NCBI GenBank assembly: GCA_044507605.1
Contig: JBIQJI010000008.1
Span: forward strand, 26,395 to 90,394
Direction of reading: 5' to 3'
Origin: Actinomycetales bacterium
Lineage (GTDB): Bacteria; Actinomycetota; Actinomycetes; Streptosporangiales; Streptosporangiaceae
Length of the DNA: 64,000 nt
The position numbers and the translations under genes were made by a program. Every line of letters starts with the position of its first letter. Positions within the stretch are counted from its first letter, which is position 1. This document shows, piece by piece, positions 44,437 through 53,465 of the stretch. The notes under the pieces are model-generated. The model was not told the origin of the DNA and did not search any database. It worked only from the letters and a program-made list of their open reading frames with translations.

Positions 44437-46077
44437 TCAGTCGAGGACGGGCTTCTTCGCGGCCGCCCCCTTCGCGACGGCCTTCTCGGCGCCCGCGCCG
44501 GTGAGGGAGCGGACCTCGATCTCGGCGAACTTGGCGGTGTTGCGCTCCTTGCTGAGCACGGTGCCGAGGTAGCCGCAGAGGAAGCCGACCGGGATCGACA
44601 CGATGCCGGGGTTGGCCAGCGGGAACCACGAGAAGTCGACGTTCGTGAACAGCGAGGTCTCCGAGCCCGAACCCACCGGCGAGAACAGCACCAGCACCAC
44701 GGCCGACACCAGGCCGCCGTAGATCGCCGAAACCGCTCCGGCGGTGTTGAACCGCTTCCAGAACAGGCTGTAGAGGATCGCCGGCAGGTTGCCCGACGCG
44801 GCGACCGCGAACGCCAGCGCGACCAGGAACGCCACGTTGAGCTTCTGCGCGTAGATGCTGAGCACGATCGCGATGGCGCCGATGACGAACGCCGAGAGGC
44901 GCGCCACGCGCATCTCCTGGCGCTCGGTGACCTTGCCCTTCTTGAACACGTGGGCGTACAGGTCGTGGGCGTACGACGAGGACGACGCCAGGGTCAGGCC
45001 CGACACCACGGCGAGGATCGTCGCGAACGCCACGGCCGTGATCATCGCCAGCAGAATCGTGCCGCCCACGTCGCCGAACAGCTCCGCTCCGATCGCCTCG
45101 GCCAGCTGGGGTGCCGCGGTATTGCCCGCGCTGTTGGCCGCCTTGATCTTGTCGCTGCCGACGAGCGCCGCGGCGCCGAAGCCCAGCGCCAGGGTGAGGA
45201 GGTAGAAGGTGCCAATGATGCCGATGCCCCAGATGACCGACTTCCTGGCTTCCTTGGCGTTGGGGACCGTGTAGAAGCGAATGAGGATGTGCGGCAGACC
45301 GGCCGTGCCGAGGACCAGCGCGAGGCCCAGGCTGATCAGGTCGAGCTTGCCGGTGAGGCCGGAGGCGTCGGTGGCGTACTTGCCGCCGGGGCCGAGGAAC
45401 GCGTCACCCTTGCCGCTCTGCTGGGCGGCGTCGCCGAGCAGCGACGACAGGTTGAAGCCGTACTTGCCGAGCACCAGCACCGTCACCAGTGCCGCGCCGA
45501 GCATGATCAGGACGGCCTTGACGATCTGCACCCAGGTGGTGCCCTTCATGCCGCCGAGCACGACGTAAACGATCATCAGGACGCCGACGACCACGATGGT
45601 GCCGGCCTTGGCCGCCTCGCCCTCGATGCCGAACAGCAGGCCCACGAGCGCGCCGGCGCCGACCATCTGGGCGAGCAGGTAGAAGATCGACACGACGATG
45701 GTGGAGACACCGGCCGCCGTGCGCACCGGCCGCGGGCTCATCCGGAACGCCAGCACGTCGGCCATGGTGTACTTGCCGGAGTTGCGCATCAGCTCCGCGA
45801 CGAGCAGCAGCGCCACCAGCCACGCGACGAGGAAGCCGATGGAGTACAGGAAGCCGTCGTAGCCCGACAGCGCGATGATGCCGGCGATGCCGAGGAACGA
45901 CGCCGCCGACATGTAGTCGCCGCTGATGGCCATGCCGTTCTGCGCGCCGCTGAACGACCGGCCGCCGGCGTAGTAGTCGGTGGCGGTCCTGGTGTTCTTG
46001 CTCGCCCAGAACGTGATCCCGAGAGTGGCGGCGACGAACGCCAGGAACAGGATGATCCCCAGGGTCTCGTGGCTCAT
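44437..46077 (-). CDS. actP: Cation/acetate symporter (solute:sodium symporter family)
   Basis: DYYAGGRSFSGAQNGMAISGDYMSAASFLGIAG and 13-14 TM helices. Preceded by a DUF485 gene with ATGA overlap, the classic yjcH-actP arrangement. Confidence 0.85.
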   Translation of the reverse strand: MSHETLGIILFLAFVAATLGITFWASKNTRTATDYYAGGRSFSGAQNGMAISGDYMSAASFLGIAGIIALSGYDGFLYSIGFLVAWLVALLLVAELMRNSGKYTMADVLAFRMSPRPVRTAAGVSTIVVSIFYLLAQMVGAGALVGLLFGIEGEAAKAGTIVVVGVLMIVYVVLGGMKGTTWVQIVKAVLIMLGAALVTVLVLGKYGFNLSSLLGDAAQQSGKGDAFLGPGGKYATDASGLTGKLDLISLGLALVLGTAGLPHILIRFYTVPNAKEARKSVIWGIGIIGTFYLLTLALGFGAAALVGSDKIKAANSAGNTAAPQLAEAIGAELFGDVGGTILLAMITAVAFATILAVVSGLTLASSSSYAHDLYAHVFKKGKVTERQEMRVARLSAFVIGAIAIVLSIYAQKLNVAFLVALAFAVAASGNLPAILYSLFWKRFNTAGAVSAIYGGLVSAVVLVLFSPVGSGSETSLFTNVDFSWFPLANPGIVSIPVGFLCGYLGTVLSKERNTAKFAEIEVRSLTGAGAEKAVAKGAAAKKPVLD

Positions 46078-46403
46078 TGCGTACCTCCCTCGGCCTCGTT
46101 ACGCAGCTTGCGCGCAAGGGGGTCCAGCTTCCGATTGGCGTGCCTGGCATAGGCCCACGCGATCAGGAACGTCGAAATGAACTGCAACAGACCGAAGATC
46201 AGTGCGACGTTGATGTTGCCGAAGAGCTTGGTGTTCATGAAGCCACGGGCCCACCCGGACAGCACTACGTAGAGCAGGTACCAGGCAAGGAACGCCGCGG
46301 TCATCGGGAACGCCCAGTTTCGGAACCTTCTACGCAACTCCTGGAAATCGGAACTATTTTGGAGGCGTTCGTAAACTGATGTCTCGTCTTGCTGAGTGGC
46401 CAC
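46074..46403 (-). CDS. DUF485 domain membrane protein (YjcH-like)
   Basis: SSDFQELRRRFRNWAFPMTAAFLAWYLLYVVL followed by a second TM. GTG 46403 is preceded by GGAGG. Confidence 0.8.
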   Translation of the reverse strand: MATQQDETSVYERLQNSSDFQELRRRFRNWAFPMTAAFLAWYLLYVVLSGWARGFMNTKLFGNINVALIFGLLQFISTFLIAWAYARHANRKLDPLARKLRNEAEGGTQ

Positions 46404-46685
46404 GGCACCTCCAGCGCCTGTGATCCGGACAGATGTGACCTGGGTCACGGCTAAACGTAGGGGGGCGGGGACCGAATTTCGAGCACGAAGCAGGTGTGAG
46501 TCGCCCAGCCGCATCATGGCAGCGCCGGACCGGTACGGACTGCGGTGAAAGGTGGCAAATCTGCGGCGAACGGCCGTAACGCGGCCGTATGACCCGGAAC
46601 CACTGCCATCCCACCGCCCACGCCCGCCACAGCCCGGCGCCCGCCGCTCCCCCGCCCGGCGACGCCCGGCACCGCCGCAGGGGCG

Positions 46686-48431
46686 TCAGGTCGAGCGCGG
46701 CCGCCAGTCGCCGCGGTTGACGTTCAGGGTCTCGGGCGTGTGCAGCCGCACCATCGTGCGGGCCACCCCCGCGGGCACCCGGCTCGGCGTGAGCAGCGAC
46801 ACCACGATCATGACGGCGAACGCGATCGGCACCGTCCACGCCGCCGGCTGGGCGAGCAGCGCCCCGGCCCAGCCCGAGTACGGCCCCCCGATGATCGTGG
46901 CCGCCACCGCCAGGCCGGCCAGCCCGCCGCCCGTCACCAGCCCGCTCAGGGCCCCGGTCGTGGTCAGCCGCCGCCACCAGATGCCGAGCACCAGCAGCGG
47001 GCAGAACGACGACGCGGCCACCGCGAACGCCAGCCCCACCACGTCGGCCACCGGCAGCGTCCGCGAGGCGGTGGCGAGGGCCAGCGGCACCACCACCGCC
47101 AGCCCCGTGGCGATGCGGAACGACCGCACGCCCCCGCGCAGGATGTCCTGCCCGATCACCCCCGCCACCGACACGGTCAGCCCCGACGACGTCGACAGGA
47201 ACGCCGCGAACGCCCCCGCCGTCACCAGCGCCCCCAGCAGCTCCCCCACCACGCCCGGCACCAGCCGGCCCGGTAAGGTCAGCACCACCGCGTCGGTGCG
47301 GCCGGTCATCAGCAGCTCCGGCGTGTACAGCCGGCCCAGCGCACCGTAGATCGCCGGCAGCAGGTAGAACGCGCCGAGCAGCGACAGCACCACCAGGGTC
47401 GTGCGGCGGGCCGTGCGGCCGTCGGGGTTGGTGTAGAACCGCACCAGCACGTGCGGCAGCCCCATCGTGCCGAGGAACGTCGCCAGGACCAGCGAGTACG
47501 TCGCGTACAGCGGGTGCTCCCTGCTCTGCAGCGGCAGCACCCAGTCGTGCGCGTTGAGCACCGGGAGGTTCTCCGCCTCGGGCACGCGCGCCCCCTTCGG
47601 GAACGTGAGCGTGCTGTCGTGCCTGATCGTGTGCCGGCCCTGCGCGAGGGCCAGCGGCTCGGCCGCGCCGTCCGCCCCCACCGACCGGCCGTCGACCTCG
47701 CCCGACGCGGTCACCCGCACCGGCTCCGCGACCTTGATCACGATATCGTTGGCGACCTGGACGTCCGTCCGCTCGGGGAACGCCGGCGGCCCGCCCGTAG
47801 CGGGCGACGGGGCTCCGTCGGTGTGCCAGGCGAACAGCACGAAGATCACCGGCAGGGCCAGTGCGGTCAGCTTCAGCCAGTACTGGAACGCCTGCACGAA
47901 CGTGATCGAGCGCATGCCGCCCGACAGCACGTTGACCGCGACGACCAGCGCCACCAGCAGACCGCCCGCCCACACCGGCGCGCCCGTGACGGTGCGCAGC
48001 ACCAGCCCCGAGCTCTGGAACTGCGGCATCAGATACAGCCAGCCGATCAGCACCACCAGCACGCTCGCCGTGCGCCGCACCGGCATCGACTCCAGGCGCG
48101 CCTCCGCGAAGTCGGGCAGGGTGTACGCCCCCGACCGCCGCAACGGCGCCGACACCAGCACCAGCAGCACCAGGTAGCCGCCGGTCCAGCCCACCGGCAG
48201 CCACAGCATGTCGGCGCCGTAGGCGAGGATCAGCCCTGCGATGCCGAGGAACGACGCGCCGGAGAGGTACTCCCCGCCGATCGCCGAAGCGTTCCACACC
48301 GGCGACACGGTGCGCGAGGCCACGTAGAAGTCGGACGTGGTGCGCGACAGCCTGATGCCGAAGGCGCCGACCAGCACCGTCGCCACCATGACGATCAGCA
48401 CGGCGACCAGGCCGTAGGCCGGCATCACCAT
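46686..48431 (-). CDS. Second solute:sodium symporter (ActP-like paralog)
   Basis: SDFYVASRTVSPVWNASAIGGEYLSGASFLGIAGLIL. Polytopic. Has an inserted soluble loop of about 100 aa relative to the first copy. Confidence 0.8.
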   Translation of the reverse strand: MVMPAYGLVAVLIVMVATVLVGAFGIRLSRTTSDFYVASRTVSPVWNASAIGGEYLSGASFLGIAGLILAYGADMLWLPVGWTGGYLVLLVLVSAPLRRSGAYTLPDFAEARLESMPVRRTASVLVVLIGWLYLMPQFQSSGLVLRTVTGAPVWAGGLLVALVVAVNVLSGGMRSITFVQAFQYWLKLTALALPVIFVLFAWHTDGAPSPATGGPPAFPERTDVQVANDIVIKVAEPVRVTASGEVDGRSVGADGAAEPLALAQGRHTIRHDSTLTFPKGARVPEAENLPVLNAHDWVLPLQSREHPLYATYSLVLATFLGTMGLPHVLVRFYTNPDGRTARRTTLVVLSLLGAFYLLPAIYGALGRLYTPELLMTGRTDAVVLTLPGRLVPGVVGELLGALVTAGAFAAFLSTSSGLTVSVAGVIGQDILRGGVRSFRIATGLAVVVPLALATASRTLPVADVVGLAFAVAASSFCPLLVLGIWWRRLTTTGALSGLVTGGGLAGLAVAATIIGGPYSGWAGALLAQPAAWTVPIAFAVMIVVSLLTPSRVPAGVARTMVRLHTPETLNVNRGDWRPRST

Positions 48432-48447
48432 GGGCTCGCCGCCCCTG

Positions 48448-48861
48448 TCACGATCGGTCGACGAGCTCGGCGAAGTCGCGCTCGTTGCGCTCGGCGTGCC
48501 GCACGTAGAGCCAGCCGCCGCCCACCAGCGCCGGGTAGATCAGTCCGCCGAGCACCAGCCACGGCAGCGGCAGCCCCAGCAGCGTCACCTCCGGCAGCTC
48601 GGGCACCAGCTCGAACAGCAGCGGCAGCCCGGCCACCACGCAGCCCAGCAACGAGCACACGAACAGCGCGAGGCGGAACTGGGTGCGCACCAGCGACCGC
48701 ATGTACACCTCGCCGAGCCGGGTCTGCTCGTCGATCTCGCGGGTCAGGGGGTAGCGCGGACGCCGCGCCGCGATGGTGCGCGGGCTGGTGACGACCCGTC
48801 TGCGCGGCCCCGACACGCGTGGGAGCAGCCCGGAGACCTTCGGCGCCCCGTCGGCGCTCAC
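48448..48861 (-). CDS. DUF485-like two-TM membrane protein (paired with second symporter)
   Basis: Two TM helices (FRLALFVCSLLGCVVAGLPLLF; LPLPWLVLGGLIYPALVGGGWLY). The GTG start overlaps the LytTR stop (GTGA). Confidence 0.55.
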   Translation of the reverse strand: MSADGAPKVSGLLPRVSGPRRRVVTSPRTIAARRPRYPLTREIDEQTRLGEVYMRSLVRTQFRLALFVCSLLGCVVAGLPLLFELVPELPEVTLLGLPLPWLVLGGLIYPALVGGGWLYVRHAERNERDFAELVDRS

Positions 48862-49682
48862 CGCTCGCCCTCGCGCACGTGTGCTCCCATCGCAGGCCCT
48901 CCCGCGCCGCCCCGCCTGGCCCGCCGCACGAGCAGGTCGCGCAGCTCGCGGGTGTGGCGGCGGCTGACCGGTATCTCGGTGTCACCGATGCGGACAGTAC
49001 AGCGCCCCGACTCGATGCGCAGCTCATCGATGTGCTTGAGGGCCACCAGATGACTGCGGTGCACCCGCACGAAGCCCGCGGCCGCCCACCTCTCCTCCAG
49101 CACGGCCAGCGGAATGCGGACCAGGTGGCTGCCCGACACCGTGTGCAGGCGGGCGTAGTCGCCCTGCGCCTCCACGAACCGCACGTCGCTGCTGGCCACG
49201 AACCTCGTCACGCCGCCCAGCTCCACGGGGATCGTCTCCGTGCCGTCGGGCGAGGCGCCGCGCCCGAGGTCCGGGCCGGCACCGGCCGCCTCGGGCGACG
49301 CCGCGCAGACGCGGCGGATCGCCTCGGCGAGGCGGTCGGGGCGCACCGGCTTGAGCAGGTAGTCCTCGGCCTTGATCTCGAAGGCGTCGACCGCGTGTTC
49401 TTCGTACGCCGTGACGAACACCACCTTGGGCGGCCGGGCGAACTGGGCGAGCAGCCGGCCGAGCACCACGCCGTCGAGGCCGCGCATGCGGATGTCGAGG
49501 AACACCGCCTCGATGGGCCGCCCGCCGGCCATCGCCCGGTCGAGCAGGCGCAGCGCCGACGCGCCGTCACTGGCGGTCGCGACCTCCTCGATGCGTTTGT
49601 CGGCCCGCAGCAGGTACGCCAGATCCTCCAGCGCGGGCAGTTCATCGTCCACCGCCAGCACGCGCAGGCCGCTCACGATCAC
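48858..49682 (-). CDS. LytR/AlgR family response regulator (REC + LytTR DNA-binding domain)
   Basis: REC: VLAVDDELPALEDL...VFLDIRM...DYLLKP. LytTR: VRFVEAQGDYARLHT...FVRVHRSHLVALKHI. Confidence 0.85.
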   Translation of the reverse strand: MIVSGLRVLAVDDELPALEDLAYLLRADKRIEEVATASDGASALRLLDRAMAGGRPIEAVFLDIRMRGLDGVVLGRLLAQFARPPKVVFVTAYEEHAVDAFEIKAEDYLLKPVRPDRLAEAIRRVCAASPEAAGAGPDLGRGASPDGTETIPVELGGVTRFVASSDVRFVEAQGDYARLHTVSGSHLVRIPLAVLEERWAAAGFVRVHRSHLVALKHIDELRIESGRCTVRIGDTEIPVSRRHTRELRDLLVRRARRGGAGGPAMGAHVREGER

Positions 49683-49817
49683 TCCTTGATGCTGTCATGC
49701 GCGAATGCCATGAGGGTGATAAATCAGGCATGCGATGTCAACGGATGGGCAGGGTCTGCACCCCGAATCGCAACCAGTCCCACGCTCAACGCGACGAGTC
49801 CGCCCGATTGCTAAATG

Positions 49818-50630
49818 TCAGATAACGTCACAATCGTCCTGATTGTCAAGAAGGCGCAGGTCGGTGGGCACCAGCGTGGTGCTCGCCATCAGCTCGTGGA
49901 TCAGGTTGTGGTTCAGCAGATTGCCGACCGGCTCGCCCACCTCGTCGCGGGTGAGCCCTGCCACCCCGCCACGCGACAGCCGCGCGCGCACCGACGTCAC
50001 CATGTGCTCGACCCGCTTGGCCGTCCAGCCCTCCCCCGGCCGCAGCTCGCCCAGCAGCTCGGCCGCCTGCCGCCACGCCAGCGGCTGCGGATACGCCTCG
50101 TGCAGCAGGTACCTGCGGCCGAGCGCGACCAGCGCCAGCCGCTCGTCCGGGTCCAGCCGCCACGTCCTCGGCGGCCGCGTGGCGTCGTCGTGCCTGGACA
50201 CCGGCACCCGGCCCCGGGGGCCCGTGACGTACAGCTCCAGCAGGTGCTCACGGCCGTACGAGCCGCGCAGGAACAGCGGAGTGTAGCCCTCGGGCAGCGG
50301 CACGGGATCCTCGCCCTGGAACAGCAGCCGGCCGCCGCCCAGCCGCACCGGCAGGCGGCCCACGGTGCGCACCCACCACAGGTCGTCGTGCCGCTCCAGC
50401 AGGCCGTGGTGGCGGCTGACCGCGTGATCGTCGCCGCCCACGCAGACCTGCACGTCGCGCCGCCTGCGCCCGAAGGTGATCGTGTGCCCCTCTCGCGGCG
50501 GCGCCGCGACCCCGCCGCCCAGCGCCAGAGCGTAGAGCACGCCGGGCGCCGCGCCGGGCACCCCCCGCGCGAGGCTGGCATGCCCCGCCGGAAGCCGCCG
50601 GCCGTCCTCCGCGTATCCGCCCTGGCCCAT
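49818..50630 (-). CDS. FHA domain-containing protein with uncharacterised C-terminal helical domain
   Basis: FHA core ITFGRRRRDVQVCVGGDDHAVSRHHGLLERHDDLWWVRTVG. ATG 50630 is preceded by GGGAGG at 5 nt. ORF 49818..50750 extends into a repeat. Confidence 0.7.
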   Translation of the reverse strand: MGQGGYAEDGRRLPAGHASLARGVPGAAPGVLYALALGGGVAAPPREGHTITFGRRRRDVQVCVGGDDHAVSRHHGLLERHDDLWWVRTVGRLPVRLGGGRLLFQGEDPVPLPEGYTPLFLRGSYGREHLLELYVTGPRGRVPVSRHDDATRPPRTWRLDPDERLALVALGRRYLLHEAYPQPLAWRQAAELLGELRPGEGWTAKRVEHMVTSVRARLSRGGVAGLTRDEVGEPVGNLLNHNLIHELMASTTLVPTDLRLLDNQDDCDVI

Positions 50631-50722
50631 GCCGCCTCCCTCGCCTCCGCGCCGTACCGGCCGCCCCGCCGACGCCTCGCCGCCCGGCTCCCCTCCGATC
50701 GAACCCCGCCGGACCACGGGCC

Positions 50723-50767
50723 GTCGAGCCCTGTCATCGAGCCCCGTCATCGAGCCCTGTCATCGAA
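50723..50767. repeat. Tandem 14-bp repeat (about 3 copies) gtcatcgagccc[ct]
   Basis: gtcgagccct gtcatcgagcccc gtcatcgagccct gtcatcga. Intergenic, between the LytS stop and the FHA start. Confidence 0.75.
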
Positions 50768-50924
50768 CGCGGGCCCTGGCGGCCGGGCGGCCGGAGCCGG
50801 GCCGGCGCACCGCAGGGCCGGCAAGCCACGGGACCGCGCGACCACAAGGGGCCGCCGTGTTTCGAGCATGCCACCCCCGAGCCGGGACCCCTCCCCGAGC
50901 GGCCCGGCGCGTGCCGGTCGGCCG

Positions 50925-52118
50925 TCAGCGGGCCGATACGCCCGGGTGGTACTTGGGCAGCCGGATGTTCACCTTGGTGCCGGCGCCCTCGTCGGTCTCC
51001 ACGACCAGGCCGTACTCGTCGCCGTAGACCTGACGCAGCCGCTCGTCGACGTTCGCGAGGCCCACGCCGGTGCCCGAGCGCTCGACGGCGTCGCCGGCCA
51101 GGATGCGGCGCAGCCGGTCGGGGTCCATGCCGATGCCGTCGTCCTCGACGCTGATCCGGCACTCCGCCCCGGCGTCCTCGGCGACGATGGTGATGCGGCC
51201 GACGCCGTCCTTGCCCTCCAGACCGTGCCGCACGGCGTTCTCGACCAGCGGCTGCAGGCACAGGAACGGCACCGCCACCGGCAGCACCTCGGGGGCGATG
51301 CGGAGCGTGACCTGCAGCTGGTCGCCGAACCGGGCCCGCTCCAAGATGAGGTACCGGTCGATGGAGCGCAGCTCCTCGGCGAGCGTGGTGAAGTCGCCGT
51401 GCCGCCGGAACGAGTAGCGGGTGAAGTCGGCGAACTCGATGAGCAGCTCGCGGGCCCGCTCGGGGTCGGTGCGCACGAACGACGCGATGGTGGTCAGCGA
51501 GTTGTAGATGAAGTGCGGCGATATCTGCGCCCGCAGCGCCCGCACCTCGGCCTCCATCAGCAGCGTGCGGGACCGGTCGAGCTCGGCGAGCTCCAGCTGG
51601 GAGTCGACCCAGCGGGCCACCTCCTGCGTCGCCCGCACCAGCCCGGCCGAGGCGTGGTCGCCGTACGCCGCGAGCGAGCCTACCACCCGGTCGTCGGTGG
51701 TCAGCGGCACCACCACCGCGTGCCTGATCGGGCACTCCGGCAGCTCGCACGAGACGACCTCGGGGCCCAGCACCTGGGTCCGGCCGTCCTTCAGCGTGGC
51801 GGCCGCGTGCTCGAACGCGTCGCCGGCGTGGTGGTCGCCCACCCCGTCGTAGACCAGCAGGTCGTCGCCGTCGGTGATCGCGATCGCCGGGGAGCCGAGG
51901 AGCTCGCGCAGGTGACGCGACGCCTTGAGCGCACCGGCGGCGGTAAGGCCGGCGCGCAGCGGCGGCGCGGCCAGCGAGGCGGTGTGCAGGGTCTCGAACG
52001 TGGCGCGCTCGGCCCGGCTGCTGCCAAGGTCGCGGCGACCGCGCAACACCCGCCACAGCACCACCGAGGGCACGCCTACCAGGGCGAGGACGACCAATAT
52101 GGCCGGTACGGGCTCCAC
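50925..52118 (-). CDS. LytS-type sensor histidine kinase (cytoplasmic GAF-like + His_kinase + HATPase_c)
   Basis: H-box LRAQISPHFIYNSLTTI. N-box LQPLVENAVRHG. G-boxes VEDDGIGM and GTGVGLANV. Confidence 0.85.
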   Translation of the reverse strand: MEPVPAILVVLALVGVPSVVLWRVLRGRRDLGSSRAERATFETLHTASLAAPPLRAGLTAAGALKASRHLRELLGSPAIAITDGDDLLVYDGVGDHHAGDAFEHAAATLKDGRTQVLGPEVVSCELPECPIRHAVVVPLTTDDRVVGSLAAYGDHASAGLVRATQEVARWVDSQLELAELDRSRTLLMEAEVRALRAQISPHFIYNSLTTIASFVRTDPERARELLIEFADFTRYSFRRHGDFTTLAEELRSIDRYLILERARFGDQLQVTLRIAPEVLPVAVPFLCLQPLVENAVRHGLEGKDGVGRITIVAEDAGAECRISVEDDGIGMDPDRLRRILAGDAVERSGTGVGLANVDERLRQVYGDEYGLVVETDEGAGTKVNIRLPKYHPGVSAR

Positions 52119-52129
52119 GCGCCCGCAGC

Positions 52130-52570
52130 CTACCCCCGCGCGGGGACCACCGCGGCACGGATCCGCGCGGCGTACGCCTCGGCCTCGTCGGCGTCGGCGT
52201 ACTTCGTGCGGGGCCAGAAGAAGCCGCGCAGGCCGTCCTTGCGGTTGCGCGGCACCACGTGCACGTGCAGATGGGGCACGCTCTGGCTGATCCGGTTGTT
52301 CATCGCCACGAACGTGCCGGCCGCGCCGAGGCCGGCTTCGACGGCGGCGGCCATCGTCTGGACCCGGGCGAAGAACGGGCCCACCAGGCCGGCCGGCAGA
52401 TCGGTCAGGGTCTCCACGTGGCGGCGCGGCACCATCAGCACGTGACCTTTGAACACCGGCCGGGCGTCGAGGAAGCCGACGGCCGTGTCGTCGCTCCAGA
52501 CGACGTGGGCGGCGCCGTCACCCGCGGCCACCTCGCAGAACGGGCACCTTGAGCGTGCGGGATCCGTCAT
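52130..52570 (-). CDS. HIT family protein
   Basis: CPFCE N-terminus and histidine triad SVPHLHVHVVPR. Confidence 0.85.
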   Translation of the reverse strand: MTDPARSRCPFCEVAAGDGAAHVVWSDDTAVGFLDARPVFKGHVLMVPRRHVETLTDLPAGLVGPFFARVQTMAAAVEAGLGAAGTFVAMNNRISQSVPHLHVHVVPRNRKDGLRGFFWPRTKYADADEAEAYAARIRAAVVPARG

Positions 52571-53081
52571 CCGCCGACCCTACCCGTTCCCCGCGCCGTC
52601 CCCGCCGCGGTCCCCACCGCCGGGCCGGGCGCCCGGCGGGGCGCGGGGCCGGGTGACGGGCCGGACGGGCGCCGCCGGGCGTGCTCCCGCCCCGCATCAG
52701 CCTGCGCAGGATCAGCAGGAGCACGATCTTGGCGGCCACCGCCACCGGGCCGGGCCGCTCGCCGGAGGGGTCCGTCCGGTCTCGGGCCGTCTCCCGCCGG
52801 TCCGTCCGCCGCCCTTTCTGCCCGGCCTGCCGCCCGGCCTCGCCGCCCGGGGGGGACGCCGGCCGCTCCGGCGGCGTGGGGACGCCCGAACCGTGGGGCG
52901 GGGCCGCCGCGTGGTCGCGCAGCAGGTCGCCCGTGAGGCGCTGGGGGGCCTGGTTGAGGGAGTCACCCGGATCGAGCAGGGGGACGGTCATCGACTGGCG
53001 ATGCACCCCGACCTCACCCGCCGTGATCTGACCGGTGACGGCGGGCTCCTCTGGCGTGCCCGGGGGTTCGCTGTCGGTCAT
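52518..53081 (-). CDS. Hypothetical Pro/Arg-rich protein with one TM helix
   Basis: ATG start. GC3 is consistently high over about the first 130 codons. TM helix VAVAAKIVLLLILRRLM. The last 53 nt overlap the HIT gene start. Confidence 0.35.
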   Translation of the reverse strand: MTDSEPPGTPEEPAVTGQITAGEVGVHRQSMTVPLLDPGDSLNQAPQRLTGDLLRDHAAAPPHGSGVPTPPERPASPPGGEAGRQAGQKGRRTDRRETARDRTDPSGERPGPVAVAAKIVLLLILRRLMRGGSTPGGARPARHPAPRPAGRPARRWGPRRGRRGERVGSADDGSRTLKVPVLRGGRG

Positions 53082-53328
53082 GCCGCGCCGCTACCCGGAC
53101 ATGGGGTGATTAATCCCGTCCACGCCTCGCGTGCCGGTGACAAACCAAGCGCTGGCTTGGTTTGACTGTCGCGTATTGAAACTTTCAATCACGTTCCGTG
53201 ATCACACCCGGGACATGTCCCCGAAAACTCCAGGCTGACGACATATCCCGCAGGACCGGCCGGCGCCCGGAAACGAAAGGGAGGCGCGGTTCGTTGACAT
53301 CGGATCGCGGGTGCCCGCTAATCCTGTG

Positions 53329-53342
53329 TGGGAGCGCTCCCA
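53329..53342. promoter_or_regulatory. CelR/CebR operator, perfect palindrome TGGGAGCGCTCCCA
   Basis: Exact match to the 14-bp cellulase-regulon operator described for Thermobifida CelR and Streptomyces CebR. It lies 124 bp upstream of the GH48 start. Confidence 0.8.
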
Positions 53343-53465
53343 AGCACAAATCGCCTCATGTACACAACTCTCTTCCCGCACAGCCGCAAGGCGGGCCAGG
53401 GTCGACCCCGCCGCCTTTAGCCGTGCCCGGGAAACCCCCCGTCCCTTCTCCTGGAGGACCTTGGC

